48,929 nt of DNA, from positions 1-48,929 of the IMG/VR virus record IMGVR_UViG_3300025534_000013; one strand, 5' to 3'. This document shows positions 5,910-15,516 of this stretch, piece by piece (the stretch's first letter is position 1; each line of letters starts with the position of its first letter). The DNA comes from a virus. Lineage: Duplodnaviria; Caudoviricetes. The notes below the pieces were generated by a model. That model was not told the origin of the DNA and made no database searches. It was given only the letters and a program-made list of their open reading frames with translations. A program made the position numbers and the translations under genes.

Positions 5910-8231
5910 TTGGAATTGCGTCAATTGGTGCTTATGCGCGGAGCAATGGGTGCTGGAAAATCGACTTGGATTGAAAGGAATAATCTGAAGCAATACACCC
6001 TGAGCGCAGATGATATTCGCCTTCTGTTTCAAACGCCTGTCATGACCGAAGACGGAAAAATGGCGATCAACGGGAAGAATGACAATCGCGTTTGGGATTT
6101 GTTATTTGAACTTCTGGAAGAGCGTATGAAGCGCGGTGAGTTTACAATCATCGACGCTACTCACGCGAAGCAGGAAGCGATCTCTCGATATAAGGACTTG
6201 TGCCAGAAATATCGGTATCGTTGTGCAATTGTTGATTTTTCCGATGTGCCGCTGAAAAGGCTTCTGGAGCAAAACCGGATGCGTGACGAGCACAAGCATG
6301 TCCCGGAGCATGTCATTATGAACGCACATGAACGGATGCAAACTGAGCATGTTCCGAAGTGGGTGACGGTACTCAAACCCGATGAATTTGAGTCTGCTAT
6401 GAAATATGCTCCAAAAGATTTCAATGAATACAAACGCATTCATCACATCGGGGATGTTCATGGATGCTACACGGCATTGAATAATTATTTTGTTGAAACG
6501 GGACACGAATTACTTCATGACCCTATTGATGATTTGATGTATCCGGTGCTGAATGAAGATGAATATTACATCTTTGTTGGCGATCTTCTTGATCGTGGAA
6601 TTGAAAACAAAAAGACGATTCAATGGTTCTTGAAGATTTGCCATTATAAAAATGTTGCAATTGTCGAAGGGAATCATGAAATTCACCTCTGGAAATGGGC
6701 GCAAGATGAAGAAGGATATAGCAATGAGTTTAATGAACATACCAAACCGCAACTTGAAGAAGGCTTGGATGAAAAAGGAATACAAATGCTAAAGAAAGAT
6801 GTAAGGCAACTTTATAGGAAACTTTGTCAAATGGTATATTACACCGCGTATGGCAAAGTAGTTTTGGTGACACATGGTGGAATTGCAAAGCTGCCTGACA
6901 ATTTGATGTATATGGCAACAGAACAATTTATTAAAGGTGTAGGCGATTACGGGATTGATATTGATAACGCTTGGGATAAGAATTTGCCTCTTCCTCAAGT
7001 GATAAATGTCCGTGGTGGTCATGGCAATTCTGTTCGTCTAAGTTATCAGTTAAAGGAAAGACCTACCTATCAAATTCATGGTCACAGAAATATATTCCGT
7101 TTACCAATTCAAGCCGGAGAGTATAGCTTTAACCTTGAGGGACAAGTCGAATTTGGCGGCCATCTTCGTGCGGTCATTTTGTCTGGTGACGGGTTTTCGA
7201 CGATTCAAATTAAGAATGATGTTTATCGCGTTCGTAAAGGGCAAACACCCTCAACGATCAACGAAGATGAATTGACCATCGATCAATTTATTGAATACTT
7301 GTCTAATCACAAGGAGATTAATGAGAAACATCTTGGTGATAACATCTACTCGTATAATTTTACGAGAAATGCATTCGCAGAGAAAATTTGGGACGATATT
7401 AACATCAAGGCGAGAGGCTTGTTCATCAATAAGAATACGAAAGAGATCGTGAGTCGCTCCTATAATAAGTTCTTCAATGTGAATGAACGTAGCTTCACGA
7501 AGCTGAATGTTTTGGCAGATAATCTAGTGTTCCCTGTTCAAGTGTTTGACAAGCCAAACGGATATCTCGGAACGGTGGGATATGACTCTGAGAGCGACAG
7601 ATTGATCTTCACGTCGAAGTCAGAGACGCGAAGTGAGCATGCTGAATGGTTGAAAGAACTTTTCTATAAGCAACTCAGCGAAAAGGAAATTGAATCTATT
7701 AAAAATTATGTAAAATTAAACAATGTTGCGCTCGTATTTGAGGTTATTCGTCCTGTTGATGATCCTCATATTATTGAGTATCCAGCAGATAAACTTGTGC
7801 TTCTCGATATCGTCAAACGTGAAATTAAATATTCAAAGCTTGATTATGATGAAGTGCGCAGTTTCGCGTTTTCTTATAAGTTAGAAGTTAAAGAGCTTAA
7901 GCACGTTTTTGACAATTGGACTGATTTCTACAAGTGGTATCGAGATGTAATTGAAGACTTTTCCATCGAAGCAGAAGGGTTTGTAATTGAAGATGCAAGT
8001 GGATTCATGTTCAAAATAAAACTTCCGTACTACAACTTCTGGAAACAAATGCGTGGCCTGAAAGATAAGATTGTTCGTCGTCAAGCTCATACAGTAAAAG
8101 GTAGTAGCCTGTACACGCCGTTGCATAACAGGGTATTCAAATGGATGAAGGAGCAAGACCCACAATGGCTGAAAGAGTCGAGCATTGTAGTTGTACGGAA
8201 ACAATTCTATAATGACAAAAATGCCAAATAA
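5910..8231 (+). CDS. polynucleotide kinase / metallophosphoesterase / RNA ligase (Rnl1-like) fusion
   Basis: P-loop GAMGAGKS; GDVHG, GDLLDRG, GNHE, HGG, HGH phosphoesterase motifs; ligase motifs SYNKFFN, KPNG, FEVI, EGFV, FKIK. Confidence 0.92.
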   Translation: MELRQLVLMRGAMGAGKSTWIERNNLKQYTLSADDIRLLFQTPVMTEDGKMAINGKNDNRVWDLLFELLEERMKRGEFTIIDATHAKQEAISRYKDLCQKYRYRCAIVDFSDVPLKRLLEQNRMRDEHKHVPEHVIMNAHERMQTEHVPKWVTVLKPDEFESAMKYAPKDFNEYKRIHHIGDVHGCYTALNNYFVETGHELLHDPIDDLMYPVLNEDEYYIFVGDLLDRGIENKKTIQWFLKICHYKNVAIVEGNHEIHLWKWAQDEEGYSNEFNEHTKPQLEEGLDEKGIQMLKKDVRQLYRKLCQMVYYTAYGKVVLVTHGGIAKLPDNLMYMATEQFIKGVGDYGIDIDNAWDKNLPLPQVINVRGGHGNSVRLSYQLKERPTYQIHGHRNIFRLPIQAGEYSFNLEGQVEFGGHLRAVILSGDGFSTIQIKNDVYRVRKGQTPSTINEDELTIDQFIEYLSNHKEINEKHLGDNIYSYNFTRNAFAEKIWDDINIKARGLFINKNTKEIVSRSYNKFFNVNERSFTKLNVLADNLVFPVQVFDKPNGYLGTVGYDSESDRLIFTSKSETRSEHAEWLKELFYKQLSEKEIESIKNYVKLNNVALVFEVIRPVDDPHIIEYPADKLVLLDIVKREIKYSKLDYDEVRSFAFSYKLEVKELKHVFDNWTDFYKWYRDVIEDFSIEAEGFVIEDASGFMFKIKLPYYNFWKQMRGLKDKIVRRQAHTVKGSSLYTPLHNRVFKWMKEQDPQWLKESSIVVVRKQFYNDKNAK

Positions 8232-8242
8232 AGAACATGTGA

Positions 8243-8272
8243 AATATGGTTGTTCAGAAGAACAACCATATT
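8243..8272. terminator. 13-bp perfect hairpin between converging ORFs
   Basis: AATATGGTTGTTC-AGAA-GAACAACCATATT. Confidence 0.55.
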
Positions 8273-8343
8273 ATCAGGATAATTAGCAGAGTAGACATCT
8301 TGAAGCGAATTTCTTTGTCTTTATTTTTTATTAGGATTTCCAT
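8254..8343 (-). CDS. 29-aa hydrophobic peptide, type I toxin-like
   Basis: AAGGGGTG RBS then MEILIKNKDKEIRFKMSTLLIILIIWLFF* on the minus strand. Confidence 0.55.
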   Translation of the reverse strand: MEILIKNKDKEIRFKMSTLLIILIIWLFF

Positions 8344-8571
8344 GTTTTCACCCCTTTCTGTCCTAGAGTAAATGGTATCCACCTCCTTTCTGTCTTCATG
8401 ATAAGAAGGTTCGTCTCTTTTGTAACAACAGGCTCGTAAAGCGATTTTGGGCTTCGATTTCAGTATAGTGCGTCTTTCAAAACATCTAACAAGTCAAATG
8501 AATTGTTGCCCAACCTAACATGATATGTGACGTGAGAAGATCGCGTCATAGCACTTTAAGTTAGGGGGAAG

Positions 8572-9159
8572 ATGTTTATGATTTTCGCACTTATTGGTCA
8601 ATCATCATCTGGCAAGTCTACCATTGAAAGTATGCTCGTCGATTTAGGGTATTCAAAAATCGTTTCCTATACAACACGCCCCATGCGCAAGGGAGAGAAA
8701 GATGGGGTCGATTATCACTTTGTTGATCACCCCACCTTCGAAGCATTGGCTCAAAAAGGATTCTTTACGGAAACAGCACAATATCGAGATTGGCATTACG
8801 GTCTTTCGCTAAACGGAATTGATTATAAGAACAAGGATTATATCGTTGTTGTCACAATTAGCGGCTACATGGAATTGCGCAAAGCTGTAGGAAAGGAAAA
8901 TATTGTCGCTATCCACATTAAGGTAGACGAACGCGAACGCATCATTCGTCAGTTGAAGCGTGGAGACGATGTAGATGAGGTTATTCGGCGAATCTATGCT
9001 GATCGAAAAGATTTTTCGGGAGTAGAAGATATTTGCGATTTCACAGTTTTGAATGAGAAGATCGAAAAAACTGTAGAAGATGTTAAGGCTCTTATATGGG
9101 GCATTAAAATTACTAAACATATTGTTGAGGATATTTCAAAAAGAAAACGAAGCATTTAA
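8572..9159 (+). CDS. gmk: guanylate kinase-like NMP kinase
   Basis: GQSSSGKST P-loop, SYTTRPMRKGEKDGVDYHF signature, WHYG. Confidence 0.92.
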   Translation: MFMIFALIGQSSSGKSTIESMLVDLGYSKIVSYTTRPMRKGEKDGVDYHFVDHPTFEALAQKGFFTETAQYRDWHYGLSLNGIDYKNKDYIVVVTISGYMELRKAVGKENIVAIHIKVDERERIIRQLKRGDDVDEVIRRIYADRKDFSGVEDICDFTVLNEKIEKTVEDVKALIWGIKITKHIVEDISKRKRSI

Positions 9160-9178
9160 CGAAAGAGTGTGGTTTAAA

Positions 9179-9787
9179 ATGCCAAGTTACGTGAAATGCA
9201 GATTTTGCGAAGAACACATTCCTATGAGCATGAAGGACACCTTGGTTAAAGAAACCAAGGTGTCTGAATCTGGCAGGCGATCAAACTGGTATTATCACCA
9301 AGAATGTTATCCGAAGGAACTAGATAAACGAGAATTTCTTCGGCGTGAACGAGAAGCGAAGGATAGGTTGAATGAAACAGTCAAAAAGATTTACAATTTG
9401 AAGTTTGATCTTCCGGCGCGTTGGTGGGAGATCATCTCCGATCTTAGAGAAGGGACAAATCGTTATCAAAAGTTCTGGAAAAAACGTTATAAAGCAGGGG
9501 TTCCATTTGATGTTATTCGTGAGGCATATCTTCTTAGTGTACAAGATATCGAATGGGCAAGAATGAGTAAGCAATTTAAAACCATCGAGCAGGAGCTTCG
9601 ATATGGACTGGCAATTGTTCAAAGCAAAATTAATGATGCTTACAAAAAGATGAAGGCACGAGAACAACAGGAGAAGATCAATCAAGCAAATGAAAAGATG
9701 ATCGCTGAATTGCAAGATGATGTGGAGGTGGAGTTCAAGAAGACAAAAAGAAGCGATGATTACAGACATTTACTCGGCGATGACTAA
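9179..9787 (+). CDS. replication-module protein with N-terminal Zn-binding motif (SPbeta YorH-like position)
   Basis: CRFC...HQEC; directly upstream of the helicase; start chosen at ATG 9179. Confidence 0.7.
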   Translation: MPSYVKCRFCEEHIPMSMKDTLVKETKVSESGRRSNWYYHQECYPKELDKREFLRREREAKDRLNETVKKIYNLKFDLPARWWEIISDLREGTNRYQKFWKKRYKAGVPFDVIREAYLLSVQDIEWARMSKQFKTIEQELRYGLAIVQSKINDAYKKMKAREQQEKINQANEKMIAELQDDVEVEFKKTKRSDDYRHLLGDD

Positions 9788-9799
9788 AGGAGTGGTCAC

Positions 9800-11425
9800 A
9801 TGGGTTCAAAGTCAAAAGAGGTTTCAAAGCTAAAAGACCTTGCCAATGAAATATATAACAAAGAAGCTATGTTGGTTGGAATTTTGTGGAGCCAACCAGA
9901 CCTGTTTAATATTTACACGGCAGATAAGCTCAACGTGAAAACAATGGCAAATCCGATTTGGGCTTTTTATCTCGGGTTAGGGAGAGAGCTTCACAAAAGG
10001 AATTTTGAAGTTTTTGACGATTTTGCTGTTGCAACAGTTGTAACTGAATTAGGGCTTACTGATAAATACGAAAAGTATGGTGGGTACACTCTAATTGAAG
10101 AATTAATGCAGGAAAACAAAGGAAAGGAGGATAACATTGAAAGTTATTTTGAGGATGTAAAGAAATATGCGTTAATTCGTGAATACTATAAACTGTTTGG
10201 GGACAAAGTCCTCGAAATCAATGACAAATATAATTATAGAGAACTTAATCGCAATGAAATTTCAATTTATTGGGGCGACAAGCTTAATGAAATTGACATC
10301 AAACATAACGACACCAATATTGAAGCATATAACTTAGTTAGTGGTCTTGACGAGTTTATTGATTTGCTTAACTTGAATCCAGATTTGGGCATGCCTTTCT
10401 ATAAGGCAAAAAAGATGACAGATATCATAAATGGTTGGGCCTATGGCACACTTTCAATTTTAGGTGCATTCTCTGGCAACGGCAAATCGAGCTTCGTTAT
10501 GGAAAAGATAGTTATGTCCTGCATCCTTGAAAAAGAACGGTTGGCGATAATTGCTAACGAAATGGATTTAGCTCAATATAAAAAGATGCTTTTGATTACC
10601 GTAATGGGAACGGAAATGTATGAGATTTATAAAAATTATTTTGGAGACAAAGTTCGCTTTAATCGTAAGGCGATCAATAGAGGAAACTTTACAGCAGAAG
10701 AAAAACAAAAGCTCAAGCTTGCTGTTGAATGGATTAAGGAAAAAATTGACGGCGACGACTCTCTCATTAAGTTAATTCCACTTGAAGACTACACAATGGA
10801 TAATGTTGAAAAAGTTATCAGGAAGTTTGCTAGGAGAGGGTATCATCGTTGGATTATTGATACAGCCAAGCCATCTGAAGGCGGAGGAAACAAAGATAGG
10901 TGGCGAGTGTTTGTGGAAGATTTTGATCGACTGTATAAGCTCGCCCGAAAGAATGGCGGCGGCCTTAATCTTGCAATGTTTGCAACCGTACAACAGGCTG
11001 ATAATTATGTAGGAAAGTACTGGCTTAACGAGCAATGTTTGGCCGATGGTAAAAAGATTAAAAACGTAGCAGACCTAGTATGGCATCTTCGTCCAGTCTA
11101 TCCGCAGGAGCTTGAAGGCGGGACACACGAGTTAGAGGTTATCAATTGGTATCCTCTTAGTGAAGACCCGTTCAACCAAGACGAAAACCAAGAGTCTAAT
11201 GATGATGTAGAGGTTGTCGATTTTAGTGGCGTAAAGATGATAAAGAAAAGAATTAGATTGAAACCCGGAAAAGTTTACTATTTGCTATTTACAAGTAAAA
11301 ATCGTAGAGGAATGACTAACCTCACTGGCTTGGATGTGTTGGTGATCGAAGTTGATTTTAACGCAAATCGTTGGCGTGAAGTTGGTTGGGCGAAAAATGT
11401 TCGTCGGGACGATTTTGCCGCATAA
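9800..11425 (+). CDS. dnaB: replicative DnaB-family helicase (SPbeta YorI-like)
   Basis: Walker A GAFSGNGKS, IANEM, Walker B WIIDTAK, KNRRG. Confidence 0.88.
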   Translation: MGSKSKEVSKLKDLANEIYNKEAMLVGILWSQPDLFNIYTADKLNVKTMANPIWAFYLGLGRELHKRNFEVFDDFAVATVVTELGLTDKYEKYGGYTLIEELMQENKGKEDNIESYFEDVKKYALIREYYKLFGDKVLEINDKYNYRELNRNEISIYWGDKLNEIDIKHNDTNIEAYNLVSGLDEFIDLLNLNPDLGMPFYKAKKMTDIINGWAYGTLSILGAFSGNGKSSFVMEKIVMSCILEKERLAIIANEMDLAQYKKMLLITVMGTEMYEIYKNYFGDKVRFNRKAINRGNFTAEEKQKLKLAVEWIKEKIDGDDSLIKLIPLEDYTMDNVEKVIRKFARRGYHRWIIDTAKPSEGGGNKDRWRVFVEDFDRLYKLARKNGGGLNLAMFATVQQADNYVGKYWLNEQCLADGKKIKNVADLVWHLRPVYPQELEGGTHELEVINWYPLSEDPFNQDENQESNDDVEVVDFSGVKMIKKRIRLKPGKVYYLLFTSKNRRGMTNLTGLDVLVIEVDFNANRWREVGWAKNVRRDDFAA

Positions 11426-11457
11426 GCAATATAAAAGCCAATTAAAGCGGTGATAGA

Positions 11458-12543
11458 ATGGCTATCAAAGATTTGTCTGCAATTAAGGAGAGGATTTATG
11501 AAGAAAACAAAATCGAAGAGATTCTTGAAGCGCTTGAGTGTGAACATATAAAACTTATTGGGGGAAGGCGCTACGAATGCCAGTTGCCACCAAAATTCCA
11601 TTCCAGCAATAGAAGGAGCGTTCAGGTTTATTTAACCGAAACGCTCCCTTCAAAAATTCGCAGTAAAGGGATATCTGGAGATATTTACACGCTTGTAGGT
11701 TATATTTTGTATGAGGCCACCGATGAAGAAGCATTAAAAGAAGTGCTCCATCAAGTAAAAGCGTGGATTTGCAATCTGTTCGGCTGGAGTGAATATTTGG
11801 AAAAAGGAGACGACTTCGAAGAATCCCCTCCCCAAAAAGACTATCTCGCATTTTTAAGGCCAATACAAAAAGAGAGGAAAAAGAGAAAAAGGTTACGAGC
11901 GCTAAGAGACAAAGAAAATGAAATTCTCGACAAAGAAAAAGTATTTAGTTGGTATAGGCAAATCGGGGCACATGTATCTTTTTTGGAAGATGGAATAAAT
12001 GTTCGAACGCAAAAACTATTTGAGATCATGTATGACATTGAAACAGATCGCGTAGTTTTCCCGATTTATAACTCGCGTGGAGAATTGGTTTCTGTTAAAG
12101 GGCGTTACGTCGGCAACGACGAATGGACGATGGAGAATATTAAATATTTATATCTTTATAGCTTCGACAAAGGTATTGAGCTTTTCAATTTGCATCGCGC
12201 ATTGCCACACATCAAAAAGAAAGGCGAAGTTATTGTATTTGAAGCTGAAAAGTCGTGTATGAAAGCACACCAATACGGATTTAAAAACACTGTAGCAATA
12301 GCAGGGAGTGAACTTAGTCCTGTTCAAGCGCATCTGCTTATTACCCTTGAAGCTAATATAATTTTCGCCTTTGACAACGATATGGATGAGGAACATGTCA
12401 AAAAACAGGCAAAGCAGATTCGAACACGAAAATGCTTTTGGATTCATGACACTCTTGGTCTTCTTGGAGATAAGGATGCACCTGTGGATAAAGGGAAAGA
12501 CGTGTGGCTCCGACTATACGGAGAGTGCATAAAAACAATTTAG
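11458..12543 (+). CDS. dnaG: DNA primase (TOPRIM, YorJ-like)
   Basis: RVVFPI..KGR, VFEAEKS, FAFDND TOPRIM motif. Confidence 0.88.
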   Translation: MAIKDLSAIKERIYEENKIEEILEALECEHIKLIGGRRYECQLPPKFHSSNRRSVQVYLTETLPSKIRSKGISGDIYTLVGYILYEATDEEALKEVLHQVKAWICNLFGWSEYLEKGDDFEESPPQKDYLAFLRPIQKERKKRKRLRALRDKENEILDKEKVFSWYRQIGAHVSFLEDGINVRTQKLFEIMYDIETDRVVFPIYNSRGELVSVKGRYVGNDEWTMENIKYLYLYSFDKGIELFNLHRALPHIKKKGEVIVFEAEKSCMKAHQYGFKNTVAIAGSELSPVQAHLLITLEANIIFAFDNDMDEEHVKKQAKQIRTRKCFWIHDTLGLLGDKDAPVDKGKDVWLRLYGECIKTI

Positions 12544-12555
12544 CGGAGGTAAGTT

Positions 12556-13158
12556 GTGAAAGAAGCTGTACGGAAGTTGTTCGTCTGTGTATTATTGATG
12601 TCGATGGCATCGTTCTCTGGCGAAATAGATGCCAAAGAAAATATGCAATTGGATAACGATCTGGAAAGTAACAAAGTATCCGAAGCATTAACCCCAATTC
12701 AATTTACCTACACGGTGTACCAAGTAAGACAAGAATCCCAAAGACAGCAAGTCGAAGAAGTTGCAGAAAAAACTCAAGAAGATTTATTACAAGATTATAT
12801 AGAAGAGGATTTATACTGGCTCTCTCGTATCGTTTCCGCCGAAGCAAAAGGTGAATCTGAAGAAGGACAAATTGCTGTTGCGAATGTTGTTCTTAATCGA
12901 GTTAATCATGATGATTTCCCGGACACGATTAAGGACGTGATTTTTCAAAAAAATCAATTCTCGCCTGTAAAAGCAAAAACTATTTATGATGAACCAACAC
13001 CAGAAGCAGTCGAAGCAGCAAAAAAAGCATTAAGTGGAGAGAAAGTTGTAGACGAGGGCGTATTGTTTTTTTATAATCCTAAAATTGCTCCTAAAAATAG
13101 CTGGCTAAGAACAAGGAAAGAGGCTATAACAATTGGAAACCACAGATTTACATATTAG
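12556..13158 (+). CDS. SleB/CwlJ-family cell wall hydrolase (Hydrolase_2) with signal peptide
   Basis: LSRIVSAEAKGES..GQIAVANVVLNRV..FPDTI..VIFQKNQFSP, LFFYNP, IGNHRF. Confidence 0.92.
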   Translation: MKEAVRKLFVCVLLMSMASFSGEIDAKENMQLDNDLESNKVSEALTPIQFTYTVYQVRQESQRQQVEEVAEKTQEDLLQDYIEEDLYWLSRIVSAEAKGESEEGQIAVANVVLNRVNHDDFPDTIKDVIFQKNQFSPVKAKTIYDEPTPEAVEAAKKALSGEKVVDEGVLFFYNPKIAPKNSWLRTRKEAITIGNHRFTY

Positions 13159-13173
13159 TTGAGGTGATGACAA

Positions 13174-13413
13174 TTGGCAAGAAGAAAAAAGATTGAAGTT
13201 GATTTTGAAAAAGTTGTAGATGCATTTATAGGTCGTAATTTTAAGGATGGTAAACCAATGGTGACTCAACCACGCTTCGGTCACACATATCGGGTTTCAG
13301 GTGAAGATTATGTTTTTACAGAAGAAATTTTGCAAGCTATGCTTGCAACAGGTCGCGTCAAAGTGATAAGCCAAACTGACAAATTCGTAAATCTAATAGG
13401 CGTTGTTGATTAA
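13174..13413 (+). CDS. hypothetical protein
   Basis: GAGGTG RBS, TTG start, 79 aa. Confidence 0.75.
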   Translation: MARRKKIEVDFEKVVDAFIGRNFKDGKPMVTQPRFGHTYRVSGEDYVFTEEILQAMLATGRVKVISQTDKFVNLIGVVD

Positions 13414-13426
13414 GGAGTTGAGCATA

Positions 13427-15130
13427 TTGGCAAAGTGGATAAAACGAAATTCAATTAAAGTCAGTGACGATATGTTGCTGATTGAAAAGTTGGCGAAAGT
13501 CAGAGGTATTAAAAATCTCGATGAATGGATGAATCCTCCTTCGTCTTATATGAACAGTCCATATTCACTTGAAAATATTGATGAAGCAGTACGAATTATC
13601 ATTGAGCATATTTACAAGCAATCAAAGATCGTCGTTGTAGCAGACATCGATACAGATGGTGTTTGCTCGACGGGAATTATGTTTAGATTTTTAAAAAGAT
13701 TGACGCCCAATGTCAGCATTATCCATGCACAACGGAGCAAGGGGCACGGACTTGAAACTGTTATTGATTTGATTGCAGATGATGTCGACCTTGTTGTTGT
13801 TGTCGACTCATCTTCTAATTCTGTGGACGCCTGCAAAGAACTCAGCGAAAAAGGTAAGCCAGTAGTTGTTATTGATCATCATAAAATTGAAAGAAATAAC
13901 CCGTATGCTGTGATTGTAAACTGCCAGTTGGGTTCTTATCCAAATAAAAGTTTGTCAGGTAGTGCGATGTGCTACAAGGTGTGCCAAGTTATTGAGGATT
14001 ATATGGGCTTGCAAGGTCTTGCGAATGAGTACATTGATTTAGCTGCCGTTGGTCTTGTTGCTGACATGATGGATGTCCGCAACATGGAAAATCGTTATTT
14101 AATCTATAATGGCATGAATAACATTAAAAACATCGGAATAAAAGAAATTTTGCGCCAGAGTAAAATTGATTATAAAGAAGGAATCAGATCAACAGATATT
14201 AGCTTTAAAATAGCACCAATTATTGGTGCATGTTCTCGTTTCGACAAAATCGAATTGGCTATCGAACTTGTTACGACTGAAGATGAGGAAAGAGTCAAAG
14301 AACTTGTAAAAGAAATGATTAAATTAAATGAGAGTAGAAAAGCCGAACAGAAAGAAGTTGTTGAAAGGGCTACTGAATGCATTGATAATTCGAATAATGT
14401 AATCATCTATATTGATGATGAAATTGAATCTGGCTTTAGAGGGTTGATCGCAACGGAACTTGCGGAACGATTCAGTAAGCCAGTGTTTGTTGTTTCGAAG
14501 GTTTATAACAAAGAGAAAAATACTTATGAATACAAGGGAAGCGGAAGGTCTATTGGTGTAATTCCTCTTCAATCTCTTTGTGCAGACTCGGGTCTTTTTA
14601 TTGAAGCTCAAGGCCATGAAAGTGCTTTTGGAGTAAGCTTTTCAGTTGACAACCTAGATAAGATAATATCCTATTTCAATGACACTTTAGATAGTACAGA
14701 AGACCTCCAAAAAGTCATTGAGTACGATTTGGAATTATCGGCCAATAACATTGAAGAAATGGACATCATGCAAATCGAAAAATTTTCAAGAATTGTTGGT
14801 CAAGGCTTCCCTGAACCAAAGTTTCTTATTAAAGGGTTAGTTGCCGAAGAAAGTTACACAAAAAAGTTGGGTGATCATGTCAGAGCGGTTATGGGGAAAA
14901 GCAACGACACTGTCAAAATTAACTGTGAAGGAAATTTCGCTTTGATGAAGTTTAGAACCCATGAAAACTATGCAAAAGAAATTGAAGATCATTTTTATGA
15001 TAAATCAAATTTCTGCACTGAACTCGACGTGGTTGGAAGTCTTAACCTTAATAAATTTTATAATCGAGGATTGAAACGTTGGGTGACAACCAAACAAATA
15101 TTTATTGACGATTTTCGTATTGTGGAGTGA
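13427..15130 (+). CDS. recJ: RecJ-like ssDNA exonuclease (DHH/DHHA1; YorK-like)
   Basis: DIDTDG, VVD, IDHH, GLVADMM, GSGRS, GHESAFG motifs. Confidence 0.92.
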   Translation: MAKWIKRNSIKVSDDMLLIEKLAKVRGIKNLDEWMNPPSSYMNSPYSLENIDEAVRIIIEHIYKQSKIVVVADIDTDGVCSTGIMFRFLKRLTPNVSIIHAQRSKGHGLETVIDLIADDVDLVVVVDSSSNSVDACKELSEKGKPVVVIDHHKIERNNPYAVIVNCQLGSYPNKSLSGSAMCYKVCQVIEDYMGLQGLANEYIDLAAVGLVADMMDVRNMENRYLIYNGMNNIKNIGIKEILRQSKIDYKEGIRSTDISFKIAPIIGACSRFDKIELAIELVTTEDEERVKELVKEMIKLNESRKAEQKEVVERATECIDNSNNVIIYIDDEIESGFRGLIATELAERFSKPVFVVSKVYNKEKNTYEYKGSGRSIGVIPLQSLCADSGLFIEAQGHESAFGVSFSVDNLDKIISYFNDTLDSTEDLQKVIEYDLELSANNIEEMDIMQIEKFSRIVGQGFPEPKFLIKGLVAEESYTKKLGDHVRAVMGKSNDTVKINCEGNFALMKFRTHENYAKEIEDHFYDKSNFCTELDVVGSLNLNKFYNRGLKRWVTTKQIFIDDFRIVE

Positions 15131-15135
15131 TCAAA

Positions 15136-15516
15136 ATGTTAATTGTTTATTACTCCAAAACTGGAAAAGTGAAAAATTTTGTAGACAAATTGGCTGAGAG
15201 AGGCTTTGTTTGTAAATGCATTTTAGAACATGATGTCGTCAATGAAGATTTTGTTTTAATTACTCCAACGTATGGATATGGCGATATTCCAAATGCTGTT
15301 GAAAACTTTCTTGAAAAGAACTCGTCTTATTTAAAAGCGGTTGCGTCAAGTGGCAACATGATTTGGGGTCTTCATTTGTTCGCAAGGAGTGGAGATAAAA
15401 TTTCGCAAAAATACAACGTCCCACTTCTTCATAAGTTTCAGAATCATGGCTTTGATTCTGATGTAGACATTATTGCTGAAAGGGTGTTGAGGCTTGGCGA
15501 ATTGGATTCGACTTAA
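15136..15516 (+). CDS. nrdI: class Ib RNR flavodoxin NrdI
   Basis: YYSKTGKV..FV.KL, LITPTYGYG..P, ASSGN..WG..F. Confidence 0.92.
   Translation: MLIVYYSKTGKVKNFVDKLAERGFVCKCILEHDVVNEDFVLITPTYGYGDIPNAVENFLEKNSSYLKAVASSGNMIWGLHLFARSGDKISQKYNVPLLHKFQNHGFDSDVDIIAERVLRLGELDST

Noticed and set aside
12631-12641. Near-matches to the GCCAANNAAAG box inside CDSs (also near 26266, 31286, 39092)
   Set aside because: They lack the final G and arise from common codon runs such as Ala-Lys-Glu
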